NCBI GenBank assembly: GCA_965205535.1
Contig: CBDBHH010000005.1
Span: forward strand, 266,712 to 330,711
Reading direction: 5' to 3'
Length of the DNA: 64,000 nt
From: Alphaproteobacteria bacterium
GTDB taxonomy: Bacteria > Pseudomonadota > Alphaproteobacteria > UBA6615
Position numbers and translations under genes: made by a program. Shown here one piece after another: positions 19,594-29,767 of the stretch; position 1 is the stretch's first letter, and every line of letters begins with the position of its first letter. Under the pieces are notes generated by a model. The model had not been told where the DNA came from and did not search any database. It saw nothing but the letters and a program-made list of their open reading frames with translations.

Positions 19594-21516
19594 TTAGGCG
19601 CGCACGCCGGTCGCCTCTTCCTCCCGGCCCAGCGCGCACAGCACCGTTCCGACGATCCCCGCGGCGGTAAGGCCCGCCTGTTCGTATTGCACTTCCGGTT
19701 TCTCGTGGTCGATGAAGATATCCGGCAATGTCATCGGCCGGAACTTGAGGCCACCGTCGAGCAGGCCCGAGTTGGCGAGGTCGGTCATCACCTGGGTGGC
19801 GAACCCGCCGATCGATCCCTCTTCCACAGTCACGAGCACTTCATGATCGCGCGCCAGCCGGCGAACCAGATCCGTGTCCAGCGGCTTGGCGAAGCGCGCA
19901 TCGGCAACCGTCGCGCTCAACCCGTGGCTGGCCAGATCCTCGGCTGCGCGCAGGCATTCCTGCAAGCGCCCCCCATAGGAAAGCAGCGCCACACTCGTGC
20001 CCTCCCGCAGAACACGGCCCTTGCCGATTTCGAGCGGTTTGCCCCTTTCGGGCATATCGACGCCGACACCCTCGCCGCGCGGATAGCGGAACGCCGAGGG
20101 ACGATCATCGATGGTTGCTGCTGTCGCGACCATGTTGACCAGCTCGGCCTCATCGGCCGCGGCCATCAGGACAAAGCCGGGCAGGCAACCGAGATAGGCG
20201 ACATCAAATGAACCGTGATGGGTGGCACCATCGGCACCGACCAGGCCGGCACGGTCGATCGCGAAACGCACCGGCAGCTGCTGGATGGCCACGTCATGGA
20301 CGACCTGGTCGTAACCGCGCTGGAGGAACGTCGAATAGATGGCGACAAAGGGTTTGAAGCCTTCCGAGGCCAGGCCGGCGGCGAATGTCACGCCGTGTTG
20401 TTCGGCAATCGCCACGTCGAAGCAACGGTCGGGGAACACCTTGCCGAAGATATCCAGACCCGTGCCCGACGGCATCGCCGCGGTCACGGCGACGATCTTG
20501 TCGTCTTCTTCGGCTTCCTTGACGAGACTTTCGGCGAACACCTTGGTGTAGCTCGGCGCGTTCGACTTCGCCTTCACCTGGGCGCCGGTGACCACGTCGA
20601 ACTTGGATACGGCGTGATATTTCTCATCGCCGCCCTTGTCGGATTCGAAGCCGCGGCCTTTCTGGGTCACGACATGGACGAGCACCGGCGCGTCCTGCTT
20701 GCTGTCGCGCACATTCTTCAGCACCGGCAGCAGATGGTCGATGTTATGCCCGTCGATCAGACCGATATAGTAGAAGCCCATCTCCTCGAACAACGTCCCG
20801 CCGGTCACGAACCCGCGGGCATATTCCTCGGCCCGCCGCGCCGCCTCCTCGAAGCTCTTCGGGAACCGGTGCGCCATGTCCTTGGCGACCCGGCGCAGGG
20901 AGCGGTAGCTCTTGGACGAGATCAGGCGGGAGAGATAGGCGCTCATGGCGCCGACCGCCGGGGCGATCGACATATCATTGTCGTTCAGCACCACGACGAG
21001 ACGTGAATCCATCGAGCCTGCATTGTTCATGGCCTCATAGGCCATGCCCGCACTCATCGAACCGTCGCCGATAACGGCGACGACATTATTGTCGTCTCCG
21101 GCGAGATCCCGCGCGACGGCCATGCCCAGCCCGGCCGAGATCGAGGTCGAACTATGCGCCGCACCGAACGGGTCGTACTGGCTCTCGACGCGGCGCGTGA
21201 AACCGGACAGCCCGCCCCCCTGGCGCAGGGTACGGATGCGGTCGCGGCGATCGGTCAGAATCTTGTGGGGATAGCATTGGTGGCTGACATCCCAGATCAA
21301 CCGGTCGCGGGGTGTATCGAATACATGGTGAAGCGCGACCGTCAGCTCGACGACACCCAGCCCCGCCCCCAGATGGCCGCCGGTGATCGACACGGCGTCG
21401 ATCGTTTCCTGACGAAGCTCATCGGCCAGCTGCTTGAGCTGGTCGGGCGTAAAATCAGCCATATCCGCCGGAATCCGGACGGTATCGAGGAGTGGGGTTT
21501 TGCTGTTTTCGCTCAA
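19594..21516 (-). CDS. dxs: 1-deoxy-D-xylulose-5-phosphate synthase
   Basis: 640 aa; ThDP motif [18 protein letters not shown] and transketolase-like domains; classic position downstream of ispA. Confidence 0.9.
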   Translation of the reverse strand: MSENSKTPLLDTVRIPADMADFTPDQLKQLADELRQETIDAVSITGGHLGAGLGVVELTVALHHVFDTPRDRLIWDVSHQCYPHKILTDRRDRIRTLRQGGGLSGFTRRVESQYDPFGAAHSSTSISAGLGMAVARDLAGDDNNVVAVIGDGSMSAGMAYEAMNNAGSMDSRLVVVLNDNDMSIAPAVGAMSAYLSRLISSKSYRSLRRVAKDMAHRFPKSFEEAARRAEEYARGFVTGGTLFEEMGFYYIGLIDGHNIDHLLPVLKNVRDSKQDAPVLVHVVTQKGRGFESDKGGDEKYHAVSKFDVVTGAQVKAKSNAPSYTKVFAESLVKEAEEDDKIVAVTAAMPSGTGLDIFGKVFPDRCFDVAIAEQHGVTFAAGLASEGFKPFVAIYSTFLQRGYDQVVHDVAIQQLPVRFAIDRAGLVGADGATHHGSFDVAYLGCLPGFVLMAAADEAELVNMVATAATIDDRPSAFRYPRGEGVGVDMPERGKPLEIGKGRVLREGTSVALLSYGGRLQECLRAAEDLASHGLSATVADARFAKPLDTDLVRRLARDHEVLVTVEEGSIGGFATQVMTDLANSGLLDGGLKFRPMTLPDIFIDHEKPEVQYEQAGLTAAGIVGTVLCALGREEEATGVRA

Positions 21517-21547
21517 CGGACGGGTCCAATCGTGGCCCTGAATACAA

Positions 21548-22456
21548 TCATACGCGCCGATCGATCAAGCGTTCGGCGGCGGCCCGCAATAAATCTGCCT
21601 TTTCCCCAAAGAAATCAAGGTTCTCGACCGCCATTTGGACATGTCTTTCTGCGATCGCCCGCGCGCCGTCCAGCCCGTGGCGCGAGACAAAGGTCGCCTT
21701 GCCGCGTGCGGTGTCCTTGCCGACGGCCTTTCCGGTCTCGGTCGTATCACCGATCTCATCGAGAATATCGTCAGTAATCTGGAAGGCCAATCCGAAGTCG
21801 GCACCGAAATCCCGCAAGTGCAGGCGCGACTTGTCGTCCGCCCCTGCCGCCACCGCACCCGCCTCGCAAGACCACGCAAACAGGGCGCCAGTCTTCATCG
21901 CTTCGAGCTGCATGATACCGGCATCATCCTCGACGGGTTGGCGTTCGGCCTGAAGATCGAGCATTTGTCCCCCGGCCATCCCCTCCAGCCCGCCGGCGCG
22001 GGCCAGCCCGAGCACAAGCTCGGCGCGGATGGCGGGGTCGGCGTGGGTTTTCGGGTCTGCCAGCACCTCAAACGCCAGGGTCAGCAGCGCGTCACCCGAA
22101 AGGATCGCGGTCGCTTCATCGAATTGCTTGTGCAGGGTCGGCTGCCCGCGGCGCAAATCGTCGTCGTCCATCGCCGGCAGATCGTCATGCACCAGAGAAT
22201 AGGTGTGCATCATCTCAACGGCCGCCGCCACGCGCAGCGCCACCTGACGATCTCCTTCGCAGATCTCCGCCGATGACAAAACCAGAAACGGCCGCAATCG
22301 CTTGCCGCCGGCGAGCGCCGCATAGCGCATCGCCTCCCAAAGATTGGCGATCTCGGGGGCCTGACCGGACGGGTAATCAAGCAGAGAGGCTATCGTCGCG
22401 TCGACATCGACCGCGACCGCAGCCAGCGCGTCGGCATAGCTACTGGACACGATCAA
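21548..22456 (-). CDS. ispA: polyprenyl synthetase (farnesyl/geranyl diphosphate synthase)
   Basis: First aspartate-rich motif [17 protein letters not shown] and second DDILD motif. Confidence 0.85.
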   Translation of the reverse strand: MIVSSSYADALAAVAVDVDATIASLLDYPSGQAPEIANLWEAMRYAALAGGKRLRPFLVLSSAEICEGDRQVALRVAAAVEMMHTYSLVHDDLPAMDDDDLRRGQPTLHKQFDEATAILSGDALLTLAFEVLADPKTHADPAIRAELVLGLARAGGLEGMAGGQMLDLQAERQPVEDDAGIMQLEAMKTGALFAWSCEAGAVAAGADDKSRLHLRDFGADFGLAFQITDDILDEIGDTTETGKAVGKDTARGKATFVSRHGLDGARAIAERHVQMAVENLDFFGEKADLLRAAAERLIDRRV

Positions 22457-22716
22457 TCCGAGGCGACCGGTTCGGTGTCCGGTGTACCGTCTGCGCCGAG
22501 CGATATTTTCTCGACCCGCGCCTGCGCTTGCCGGAGTTTCGATTCACAGTGGCTCTTCAGTGCCGCACCGCGTTCGTAAGCGGCGATTGCATCATCGAGC
22601 GCGCTGTCGCCACCTTCGAGGTTCCGCACGATCTCCTCGAGCTGCGCCAGCGCATCCTCGAACGACAGCTTCGCAATGTCGACCGGAATTTCGACCTTTG
22701 TTTCTTCCTTAGCCAT
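22453..22716 (-). CDS. xseB: exodeoxyribonuclease VII small subunit
   Basis: Short helical protein (LSFEDALAQLEEIVRNLEGGDSALDDAIAAYERG); the ATG at 22716 is preceded by GAGGA; in the conserved xseB-ispA-dxs operon. Confidence 0.8.
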   Translation of the reverse strand: MAKEETKVEIPVDIAKLSFEDALAQLEEIVRNLEGGDSALDDAIAAYERGAALKSHCESKLRQAQARVEKISLGADGTPDTEPVASD

Positions 22717-22758
22717 ATTCAATCCTCTACCCGCAGCAATGCGCGCCGTCAAATCGGT

Positions 22759-23685
22759 TCAGCCCATCAGGGCGCCCACATGGGCAGCCGCAGATTCGCC
22801 CAAGGCCGTCAGATCGTAACCCCCTTCGAGAGTCGACACGACCCGGCCATCGCACACCGCATCAGCCAGGCGGCGCAGCTCGTCGGTCGCCCAGACAAAA
22901 TCCTCCGTCTCGAGAGATAGTTGCGCCAGCGGATCACGGCGGTGGGCATCGAAACCGGCCGAGATCAATATCAGATCCGGTGCGAAATTCCGCATGGCGG
23001 GCAAGACCACGTCGCGCATCGCGGCGCGGAAATCATCCGACCCCGCGCCCGGCCAGAGTGGTGCATTGGCGATGTTGCCATGCGCCCCGGTTTCATTCTT
23101 GTCGCCCGTGCCCGGATAAAGCGGCCATTGATGGGTCGAGGCGTAGAACAGGCCCGGTTCGTTCCAGAACATGGCCTGGGTGCCGTTGCCGTGATGGACG
23201 TCGAAATCCATCACCGCGACACGTTCAGCGCCATGCGCCGTGCGCGCATGCTCAGCCCCGATGGCCACGCTGTTGAACAGGCAGAATCCCATACCCTGGG
23301 TTGGCTCGGCGTGATGGCCCGGCGGCCGCATGGCGCAGAAGGCATTGTCGGCCGCCCCTGTCATCACTGCATCGACTGCATCCACCATGGCACCTGCAGC
23401 GCGCAACGCCGCCTCACCGGATTTCGGCGACATGAGCGTGTCGGCATCGATCCGGCTATATCCCTGTGCAGGCACCAGTTCGAACACCTTGGCCACATAG
23501 TCTTCCGGGTGCACCAGGGTCAGATGTTCGCGCCTGGCTTCTGGTGGCGTGTGGCGCTCGAGACCATCGAACGCCGGGGCAGCCAGGACCTCGGCAATCG
23601 TGCGCAGCCGGTCTGGAGATTCCGGATGTCCCGGTGCGGGTTCATGTTCGATACAGACCGGGTGGAAATAGAAACGGGTCGTCAT
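22759..23685 (-). CDS. histone deacetylase-family (acetoin utilisation/AcuC-like) protein
   Basis: Start reassigned to MTTRFYFHPVCIEH (ATG 23685); HDAC motifs (PPGHHA, DFDVHHGNGTQ, GGY). Confidence 0.75.
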   Translation of the reverse strand: MTTRFYFHPVCIEHEPAPGHPESPDRLRTIAEVLAAPAFDGLERHTPPEARREHLTLVHPEDYVAKVFELVPAQGYSRIDADTLMSPKSGEAALRAAGAMVDAVDAVMTGAADNAFCAMRPPGHHAEPTQGMGFCLFNSVAIGAEHARTAHGAERVAVMDFDVHHGNGTQAMFWNEPGLFYASTHQWPLYPGTGDKNETGAHGNIANAPLWPGAGSDDFRAAMRDVVLPAMRNFAPDLILISAGFDAHRRDPLAQLSLETEDFVWATDELRRLADAVCDGRVVSTLEGGYDLTALGESAAAHVGALMG

Positions 23686-23902
23686 GCGCCGACTCCGGAT
23701 TGATGGGGTGTGGCGCCATTGTAACCTCCGGAACGCCACCACGACAGAGAGGGAGATTTGCGTCGTGCCTGATGGCGAAATTGTGACAGACAGAGGCGCT
23801 ATATCGGAGTTAGCCAATTGACATATATTGGCGCGCGGCGTGTTCTCCTCGCCAACAGCACAACCGACGTGTACAGCACCGTTTCGTTCCTGGAGATGAT
23901 AC

Positions 23903-25492
23903 GTGATGAACGCTCGAAAAATTCGAACCGCAACCCTGCCCGGCACGGTCATATTCGTTGCTGGCGTGTTGTTCGCCGCACCCGGACTGGCTCAGACACC
24001 CGAGCTTTCGGGACCCGCGCAAGCGCTCGACGGTAACGCCAATGGTGTCATCGAGCGCGCGGAAGCGCTCGGCCCTGCAGCCGCCAACTTCGACACGATC
24101 GATCTCGATAAAAGCGACACCCTCGACGGCGACGAATTGCGCCACTTTTTCGCCGGCGGCCCGCGTCCGGAGCCCAAGGCAGCCGCCAGCAGCCCCGCCG
24201 AGCCGCTCGCCGGCCCCGCTGTGGCCATGGATGCCAACAGCAACGGCATGATCGAAAAGGACGAGGCCCAGGGCCCGGCTGCGTCCAATTTCGATACGAT
24301 TGATCTCGACAAGAGCGGCACCCTCGACGGGTCGGAACTGCGCTACTTCTTCCGGGGTGGCGAACGCCCCGGCGGCCCGGCGAAGGCCGCAAGTGCGGAT
24401 GCGAAGCCATCTGGTGGCGCGCCCGGTGGACCGCCGCCTGCGCGCGTGGTTCTCGACAAGGTTGTCGAAGAGCGTATCGGCCAGACCACCCCCGTCGTAG
24501 GCCGCATCGTGGCGCAACAGTCCGGACCGGTCGCAGCGCGCATCAGCGGTCCCGTGGTGGAGATGCGTGTAGATGTCGGAGACCGTGTCGCGACCGGCGA
24601 TGTGCTCGCGCAGATCGACCGGGAACGCATGCAGCTCGAACGCGATCGTTATGCCGCCATCGTATCGCAGCAGCGTGCCAACCTGACGGCAGAACGCGCG
24701 GACCTCGAGCAGACCCAGAACGAACTGGACCGCCTGGAAGGCATTCGCAAATCGGCCGCCTTCTCGCAAGCCCGGTTCGAAGACGCGGTCCAGGCCGTCG
24801 CATCCCAGACCGGATCGGTCGCCGAAACCCGAGCCCAGCTGGCGCAGGCGCAAGCCCAGTTCAAGCGCGCCGATCGGGATCTGACGGACACCGAGATTCG
24901 CGCGCCCTATCCCGGCGTCGTCAGCGAAACCCATACCGAGATCGGCGCCTATCTGTCGATCGGCAACCCGGTCGCAACCATCATCAACGATAGCAATCTG
25001 GAAATTGAGGCCGACGTTCCGACCGCCCGGATCGCGAATCTGAGCGACGGGGATGCGGTAAGCATCCGGATCAGCGAAGGGTTGGTCATTCCCGCCACCC
25101 TGCGTGCGGTGGTGCCGGTCGAAAACCCCCGGACCCGGACACGGCCTGTGCGTTTCACACCCGATTTCGTCGGCATGGACGCACCACTGGCCGACAATCA
25201 GAGCGTGACGGTGTTGCTCCCGGTCGGCGGGTCGCGTGACGCTGTGACGGTTTCCAAGGACGCGGTCACCCAACGCAATGGCCAGAGCATGGTGTTTGTC
25301 GCGAACAACGGGCGCGCACAGCCACGCCCCGTGACGACCGGCGAGGCAACTGGCAGCCGACTCGTCGTGATTTCGGGCCTGAAGGCCGGTGATCTGGTCG
25401 TGGTGCGCGGCAACGAGCGGTTGCGCCCGGGCCAGCGCCTCCAGGATGTGGGCAGTGGCGAAGGCAAAACAAACGGCAGCGGCGGAGGCTGA
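23903..25492 (+). CDS. RND efflux periplasmic adaptor (membrane fusion protein) with an N-terminal tandem-duplicated EF-hand-like extension
   Basis: C-terminal about 370 aa is a typical HlyD/MFP (biotin-lipoyl-like and beta-barrel segments, ...DVLAQIDRERMQLERD...APYPGVVSE...). Residues about 40-150 contain four 12-residue loops fitting D-x-[DN]-x-[DNS]-G-x-[IL]-x3-E; the gene lies directly upstream of the RND pump. Confidence 0.8.
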   Translation: MMNARKIRTATLPGTVIFVAGVLFAAPGLAQTPELSGPAQALDGNANGVIERAEALGPAAANFDTIDLDKSDTLDGDELRHFFAGGPRPEPKAAASSPAEPLAGPAVAMDANSNGMIEKDEAQGPAASNFDTIDLDKSGTLDGSELRYFFRGGERPGGPAKAASADAKPSGGAPGGPPPARVVLDKVVEERIGQTTPVVGRIVAQQSGPVAARISGPVVEMRVDVGDRVATGDVLAQIDRERMQLERDRYAAIVSQQRANLTAERADLEQTQNELDRLEGIRKSAAFSQARFEDAVQAVASQTGSVAETRAQLAQAQAQFKRADRDLTDTEIRAPYPGVVSETHTEIGAYLSIGNPVATIINDSNLEIEADVPTARIANLSDGDAVSIRISEGLVIPATLRAVVPVENPRTRTRPVRFTPDFVGMDAPLADNQSVTVLLPVGGSRDAVTVSKDAVTQRNGQSMVFVANNGRAQPRPVTTGEATGSRLVVISGLKAGDLVVVRGNERLRPGQRLQDVGSGEGKTNGSGGG

Positions 25493-25497
25493 TCGCG

Positions 25498-28400
25498 ATG
25501 AACCTGATCTCCGCGTCAATTCACCGTCCGATCGCGGTCATCGCGGTCGTCATTATGATCATCATGTTCGGCTGGGTGGCGCTGCAGCGCATCCCCATCC
25601 AGCTGGCACCGGACGTGCGACAGCCGGTGATCATCGTCGACACCTTCTGGCCAGGTGCGTCGCCGCTCGAGGTCGAGCGCGAGATCGTCAACCGCCAGGA
25701 AGAAGTCCTCAAGGGAATCGAGGGCGTGCGCAAGATCGAGAGCCGCGCGCGCACCGGCCGCTCGGATATCACACTTGAATTCGCGCCGAGCCAGAACATG
25801 GACCGTGCGCTTTTGCTGGTGGCAAATCGGCTCGACCGGGTCAGCGGATATCCCGAGGAAACCGACGAACCGACCCTGCGCACGTCGGGCACCGACGACA
25901 ATCCGATCGCCTGGTTCGTTTTGCGCCGACAGGCCGAGAACGACCGGGATCTGCTCACATACGGCGATTTCCTCGAGGACGTGGTCCAGGAGAGGATCGA
26001 GCGCATCCCGGGAATCTCCGGCGTCAACATATTCGGTGAGACCGAACGCGAGATGCGGATCATCATCGATCCCGAACAACTCGCCCAGTTCCGCCTGACC
26101 ATCGGCGACGTCGTCGAGCGGCTGCGCGCCGAGAACGCGTCGATCTCCGGCGGTGACGTCGAGGAAGGCAAGCGCGCCTACGTGGTGCGTACCGAAGGCG
26201 ATTTCACCACGCCCGATCAGGTCCTCGATGTTGTTCTGCGCTCGGATGCCGGCCGCGCGGACGGTCAGATCGGCCGCATCACGCTGCGCGACATCGCCCA
26301 GGTCGAACTCGGCTACAAGGAAGCGCGCGCGCTGCCCCACAGGTTCGATGAGCGCGCCATGGCGTTCAACATGACCCGCGAGCAGGGCGCCAACGTCCTG
26401 GCGGTGATGGACCAGGTGCATCGTGTTGTCGGAGACCTCGCGGAAGGGCCACTCAACCGGGTTGGCCTGATCGTCGAGAACGTGTTCGACGAGACCCTGT
26501 ATGTGAATTCGGCCATCTCTTTGGTGCAGCAGAATATCATCGTCGGCGGCATCCTCGCCGCCCTCATCCTGATGCTGTTCCTGCGATCATGGCGCCCGAC
26601 CCTCGTCGTTTCCCTGGCGATCCCGGTCTCGGTGATCGGTTCCTTCGTGGCCATGGCAGCACTCGGTCGTTCTCTCAATGTCATCAGCCTGGCGGGGATC
26701 GCCTTCGCGGTCGGTATGGTTGTCGACGCCGCCATCGTCGTGCTCGAGAATATCTTTCGGCTTCGCCAGGAGGGTCATTCTCGTGCGGAAGCCGCACGAA
26801 TGGGCGCATCGCAAGTCTGGCCGGCCGTGCTCGTATCGTCCCTGACCACCGTGATGGTGTTCATCCCGATCCTGGTCATGGAGCTTGAAGCCGGGCAGTT
26901 GTTCCGGGATATCGCTGTCGCGATCTCGGTCTCCGTCCTCCTGTCGTTGCTGGTCTCCGTGACGGTAATCCCGGCCCTCGCCAACCGTCTGCTGGTGAAC
27001 AGCGTGGCGGAAGGCAAAAAGACAAAACGCATACCCGTCGTCGATGACTTCGCCCACGCTTTCGTGAACTTCTGGCAGGATTTCACCCGAATGGTCGTGC
27101 GATCGAAATTGCGTGCGCTCGTCGTTGTCGGCGCCATCACGCTCGCATCGGGCGCGTTTACCCTGGCCTTCGCCCCCAAACTCGATTACCTGCCGACCGG
27201 TAACCGCAACTTCGTGTTCGGTTTCGTGAACGTACCGCCGGGATACAATCTCGACACCGTCACCGAGATCACCGAGCGGATCGCGAACCGAACCCGCAAC
27301 TTGTGGGCGTCGGAGACCGGACCGGAGTCCGAGGCCGGTGAACCGCCCAAGTTCCAGCGCTTCATCCGCGTGCCGTTCGCCGGCCGCGCCTTTATTGGCG
27401 GCACGTCGGTCGATCCGAGCCGTGCCGCCGAGTTGATCCCGGTCCTGCAGAACGCAGGGCGACAGGACCCCGGCGTTCTCACCTTCCCGAGCCAGCCATC
27501 GCTGTTCGGCCGTTCACTGGGCAGCGGCCGCACCATCGACGTCGATATCCGCGGATCGGACCTCGAACAGATCTACCAGGTCGCCTTCGATGTCTTTATC
27601 CGTCTCGCACCACGCTTCCCCTTCAGCGAAGGAAACCAGGTCCGGCCCATCCCGAGCCTGACCTTGTCGGCACCCGAAGTCCGGGTCGAGCCCAACCGCC
27701 TGCAACTCGCAGACAACGGCTTGTCGGCCCGCGCGCTCGGCCAGGCCGTCGACGCTTTCAACGACGGCCTGCGGGTCGCCGAAATAACAGTCGATGGCAA
27801 ACGGATCGACCTGACGCTAACCGGACCACCGAACATCATCGATCAAACCCAGGGGATCGGCTCTCTGCCGGTCGTGACCCGCGATGGGCGCATCGTGCCG
27901 GTCGAGGGGCTTGCAGATGTGAAAATCACCTCCGGCCCGACCGAGGTCAGGCGCGCCGACCGCGCCCGCACCGTGCGGCTACAGGTTCGTCCGAACGCAG
28001 ATACACCGTTGCAGAGCGCGTTCGAGCTGATTCAGGACGAAATCGTCAAACCCGTCGAAGAAGCGGGCCTGCCCGAGGGTGTCAGCATCCGGCTGACCGG
28101 GACCGCCGACAAGCTGCTGGAAACCTGGAACGAGCTGGTCATCGATCTGATTCTGGCGATCGTGATCGTCTATCTGGTGATGGCCGTTCTGTTCGAGAGC
28201 TTCATCTACCCGCTGATCATCATGCTCACCGTCCCCGTCGCCGCGGCGGGCGGCATTGCCGGGTTGGCGCTTTTGAACATCTGGGTCCTGCAGCCGCTCG
28301 ATATGCTGACCATGCTCGGATTTGTCATCCTGACCGGCATCGTCGTGAACAACGCGATTCTTCTGGTCCACCAGACCCTCTATCACATCCGCGAAGATGG

Positions 28401-28680
28401 CATGAGTGCGGATGATGCGATCATGCTGGCGACCCAGAACCGTGTCCGGCCGATCTTCATGTCGACCCTTACATCGGTGTTCGGCATGCTGCCGCTTGTC
28501 GTATTCCCCGGCGCAGGTTCGGAGCTCTATCGCGGCCTGGGGTCCGTCGTGCTGGGTGGCCTGTCATTGTCGGCCGTCCTTACCCTGGCGATCGTGCCGC
28601 CGATGATGTCGATTACCGTTGGCTGGCGCGAACGCCATCGAAACGATCAGGCGGACGCGAGCCCGACACCCGCATCATAG
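25498..28680 (+). CDS. RND multidrug efflux transporter permease (AcrB/HAE1 family)
   Basis: 1060 aa with 12 TM helices and two large periplasmic loops; the N-terminus MNLISASIHRPIAVIAVV... is typical of AcrB-like pumps. Confidence 0.9.
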   Translation: MNLISASIHRPIAVIAVVIMIIMFGWVALQRIPIQLAPDVRQPVIIVDTFWPGASPLEVEREIVNRQEEVLKGIEGVRKIESRARTGRSDITLEFAPSQNMDRALLLVANRLDRVSGYPEETDEPTLRTSGTDDNPIAWFVLRRQAENDRDLLTYGDFLEDVVQERIERIPGISGVNIFGETEREMRIIIDPEQLAQFRLTIGDVVERLRAENASISGGDVEEGKRAYVVRTEGDFTTPDQVLDVVLRSDAGRADGQIGRITLRDIAQVELGYKEARALPHRFDERAMAFNMTREQGANVLAVMDQVHRVVGDLAEGPLNRVGLIVENVFDETLYVNSAISLVQQNIIVGGILAALILMLFLRSWRPTLVVSLAIPVSVIGSFVAMAALGRSLNVISLAGIAFAVGMVVDAAIVVLENIFRLRQEGHSRAEAARMGASQVWPAVLVSSLTTVMVFIPILVMELEAGQLFRDIAVAISVSVLLSLLVSVTVIPALANRLLVNSVAEGKKTKRIPVVDDFAHAFVNFWQDFTRMVVRSKLRALVVVGAITLASGAFTLAFAPKLDYLPTGNRNFVFGFVNVPPGYNLDTVTEITERIANRTRNLWASETGPESEAGEPPKFQRFIRVPFAGRAFIGGTSVDPSRAAELIPVLQNAGRQDPGVLTFPSQPSLFGRSLGSGRTIDVDIRGSDLEQIYQVAFDVFIRLAPRFPFSEGNQVRPIPSLTLSAPEVRVEPNRLQLADNGLSARALGQAVDAFNDGLRVAEITVDGKRIDLTLTGPPNIIDQTQGIGSLPVVTRDGRIVPVEGLADVKITSGPTEVRRADRARTVRLQVRPNADTPLQSAFELIQDEIVKPVEEAGLPEGVSIRLTGTADKLLETWNELVIDLILAIVIVYLVMAVLFESFIYPLIIMLTVPVAAAGGIAGLALLNIWVLQPLDMLTMLGFVILTGIVVNNAILLVHQTLYHIREDGMSADDAIMLATQNRVRPIFMSTLTSVFGMLPLVVFPGAGSELYRGLGSVVLGGLSLSAVLTLAIVPPMMSITVGWRERHRNDQADASPTPAS

Positions 28681-28725
28681 CTCTACCTCGCCTTTGATCG
28701 GCGACGACGCTACGATATCGACATC

Positions 28726-29424
28726 ATGACCGGATCCGGAAACAGCCTCGCAGACATCCCGTTCCTCGAACCGCTGAACGAGTCTTCGCGCACCGCACTT
28801 GAACAACGTGCGCGCTGGGTCCGCTATACGTCCAACGACACGATCATCGACCGCGAGAGCGAATCCCGGGACGTGTTTTTCGTCGTGGAAGGCCGGGTAA
28901 GGGTCGTGAATTTTTCGATTTCAGGACGTGAGATCAGCTTCGACGAAATGGAGCCCGGCGGCGTGTTCGGCGAGCTCGCCGCGCTTGATGGCATGCCCCG
29001 CTCGGCCGCCGTCGTCGCCCTGACCGACACCCTTGTCGCGTCAATTTCACCGGACACGTTCCTGAATTTGCTGCGCGATCATCCCGACCTGGCCATTGGT
29101 GTGATGCAGGAACTGGCCAAGATCGTGCGTACGTCGACAGAGCGCATCATGGGTCTGTCCACGCTTGGCGCTCTCAACCGGGTGCACTCGGAAATCCTGC
29201 GGGAAGCGCGCGCCCATGCCGAGGACGGCGCCAACACGGCGCGCATATCACCGATCCCGGTCCACGCCGATATCGCTGCACGGGTCAGTACGACGCGTGA
29301 AACGGTCGCACGGGTCTTGAGCGATCTCACCAAGCAGGGCCTGGTCAAACGGGAAAAAGACGCCCTTGCCATTCTCGACCTCGAGCGGCTCGAGGACCTT
29401 GTTGAGGAAGTGCGGGACTTCTAA
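28726..29424 (+). CDS. Crp/Fnr-family transcriptional regulator (cNMP-binding domain plus C-terminal HTH; no FNR cysteine cluster)
   Basis: cNMP-binding segment FFVVEGRVRV...GGVFGELAALDGMPRSA and HTH RETVARVLSDLTKQGLV; sits 45 bp after the RND gene. Confidence 0.8.
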   Translation: MTGSGNSLADIPFLEPLNESSRTALEQRARWVRYTSNDTIIDRESESRDVFFVVEGRVRVVNFSISGREISFDEMEPGGVFGELAALDGMPRSAAVVALTDTLVASISPDTFLNLLRDHPDLAIGVMQELAKIVRTSTERIMGLSTLGALNRVHSEILREARAHAEDGANTARISPIPVHADIAARVSTTRETVARVLSDLTKQGLVKREKDALAILDLERLEDLVEEVRDF

Positions 29425-29464
29425 GTCTCTGTTCCAACTAAAGTTCTTATTTTTCTGGCCACCC

Positions 29465-29480
29465 TGTGATGCCCGTCACT
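29465..29480. promoter_or_regulatory. CRP-like box TGTGA-tgcccg-TCACT
   Basis: Seen directly 40 bp after the Crp gene stop, overlapping the start of small ORF 29466..29648; same consensus as the tandem boxes at 33826-33856. Confidence 0.4.
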
Positions 29481-29698
29481 GGGGAATACACAGGGGCGCA
29501 TTACATTGGTGTCATCGGCGACGGATCATCGCCGCACACCAACGGTACGGAGCTGAACATGTCACGACAAACCCGCATCAACGTCGCCGCTTTCTTTCTG
29601 GCAGCCCCGATGGTGATCGTCGGGGTTTCGATGACACCAGGCTTTTAGTTTCCACAGGTGTGATCTTTTCGCACTGATCCAACCTCCTCCTGGACTTG

Positions 29699-29737
29699 CG
29701 GCCGGCTCTCTTGAGACCGGCCGCCTTTCTTTTCCAA
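29699..29737 (+). terminator. putative intrinsic terminator (gcggccgg-ctctcttgaga-ccggccgc followed by a T-rich run)
   Basis: 8-bp perfect GC stem followed by ctttcttttcc on the plus strand. Confidence 0.5.
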
Positions 29738-29767
29738 CCTTGTTCCGTGATCAGCAGATGTTGGTAT

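Noticed and set aside
23700-23902. Possible sigma70 promoter (TTGACA at 23817) and CRP box upstream of the efflux adaptor gene
   Set aside because: The -10 spacing/sequence is poor and the TGTGA at 23792 has no matching TCACA half-site; not confident enough to call.
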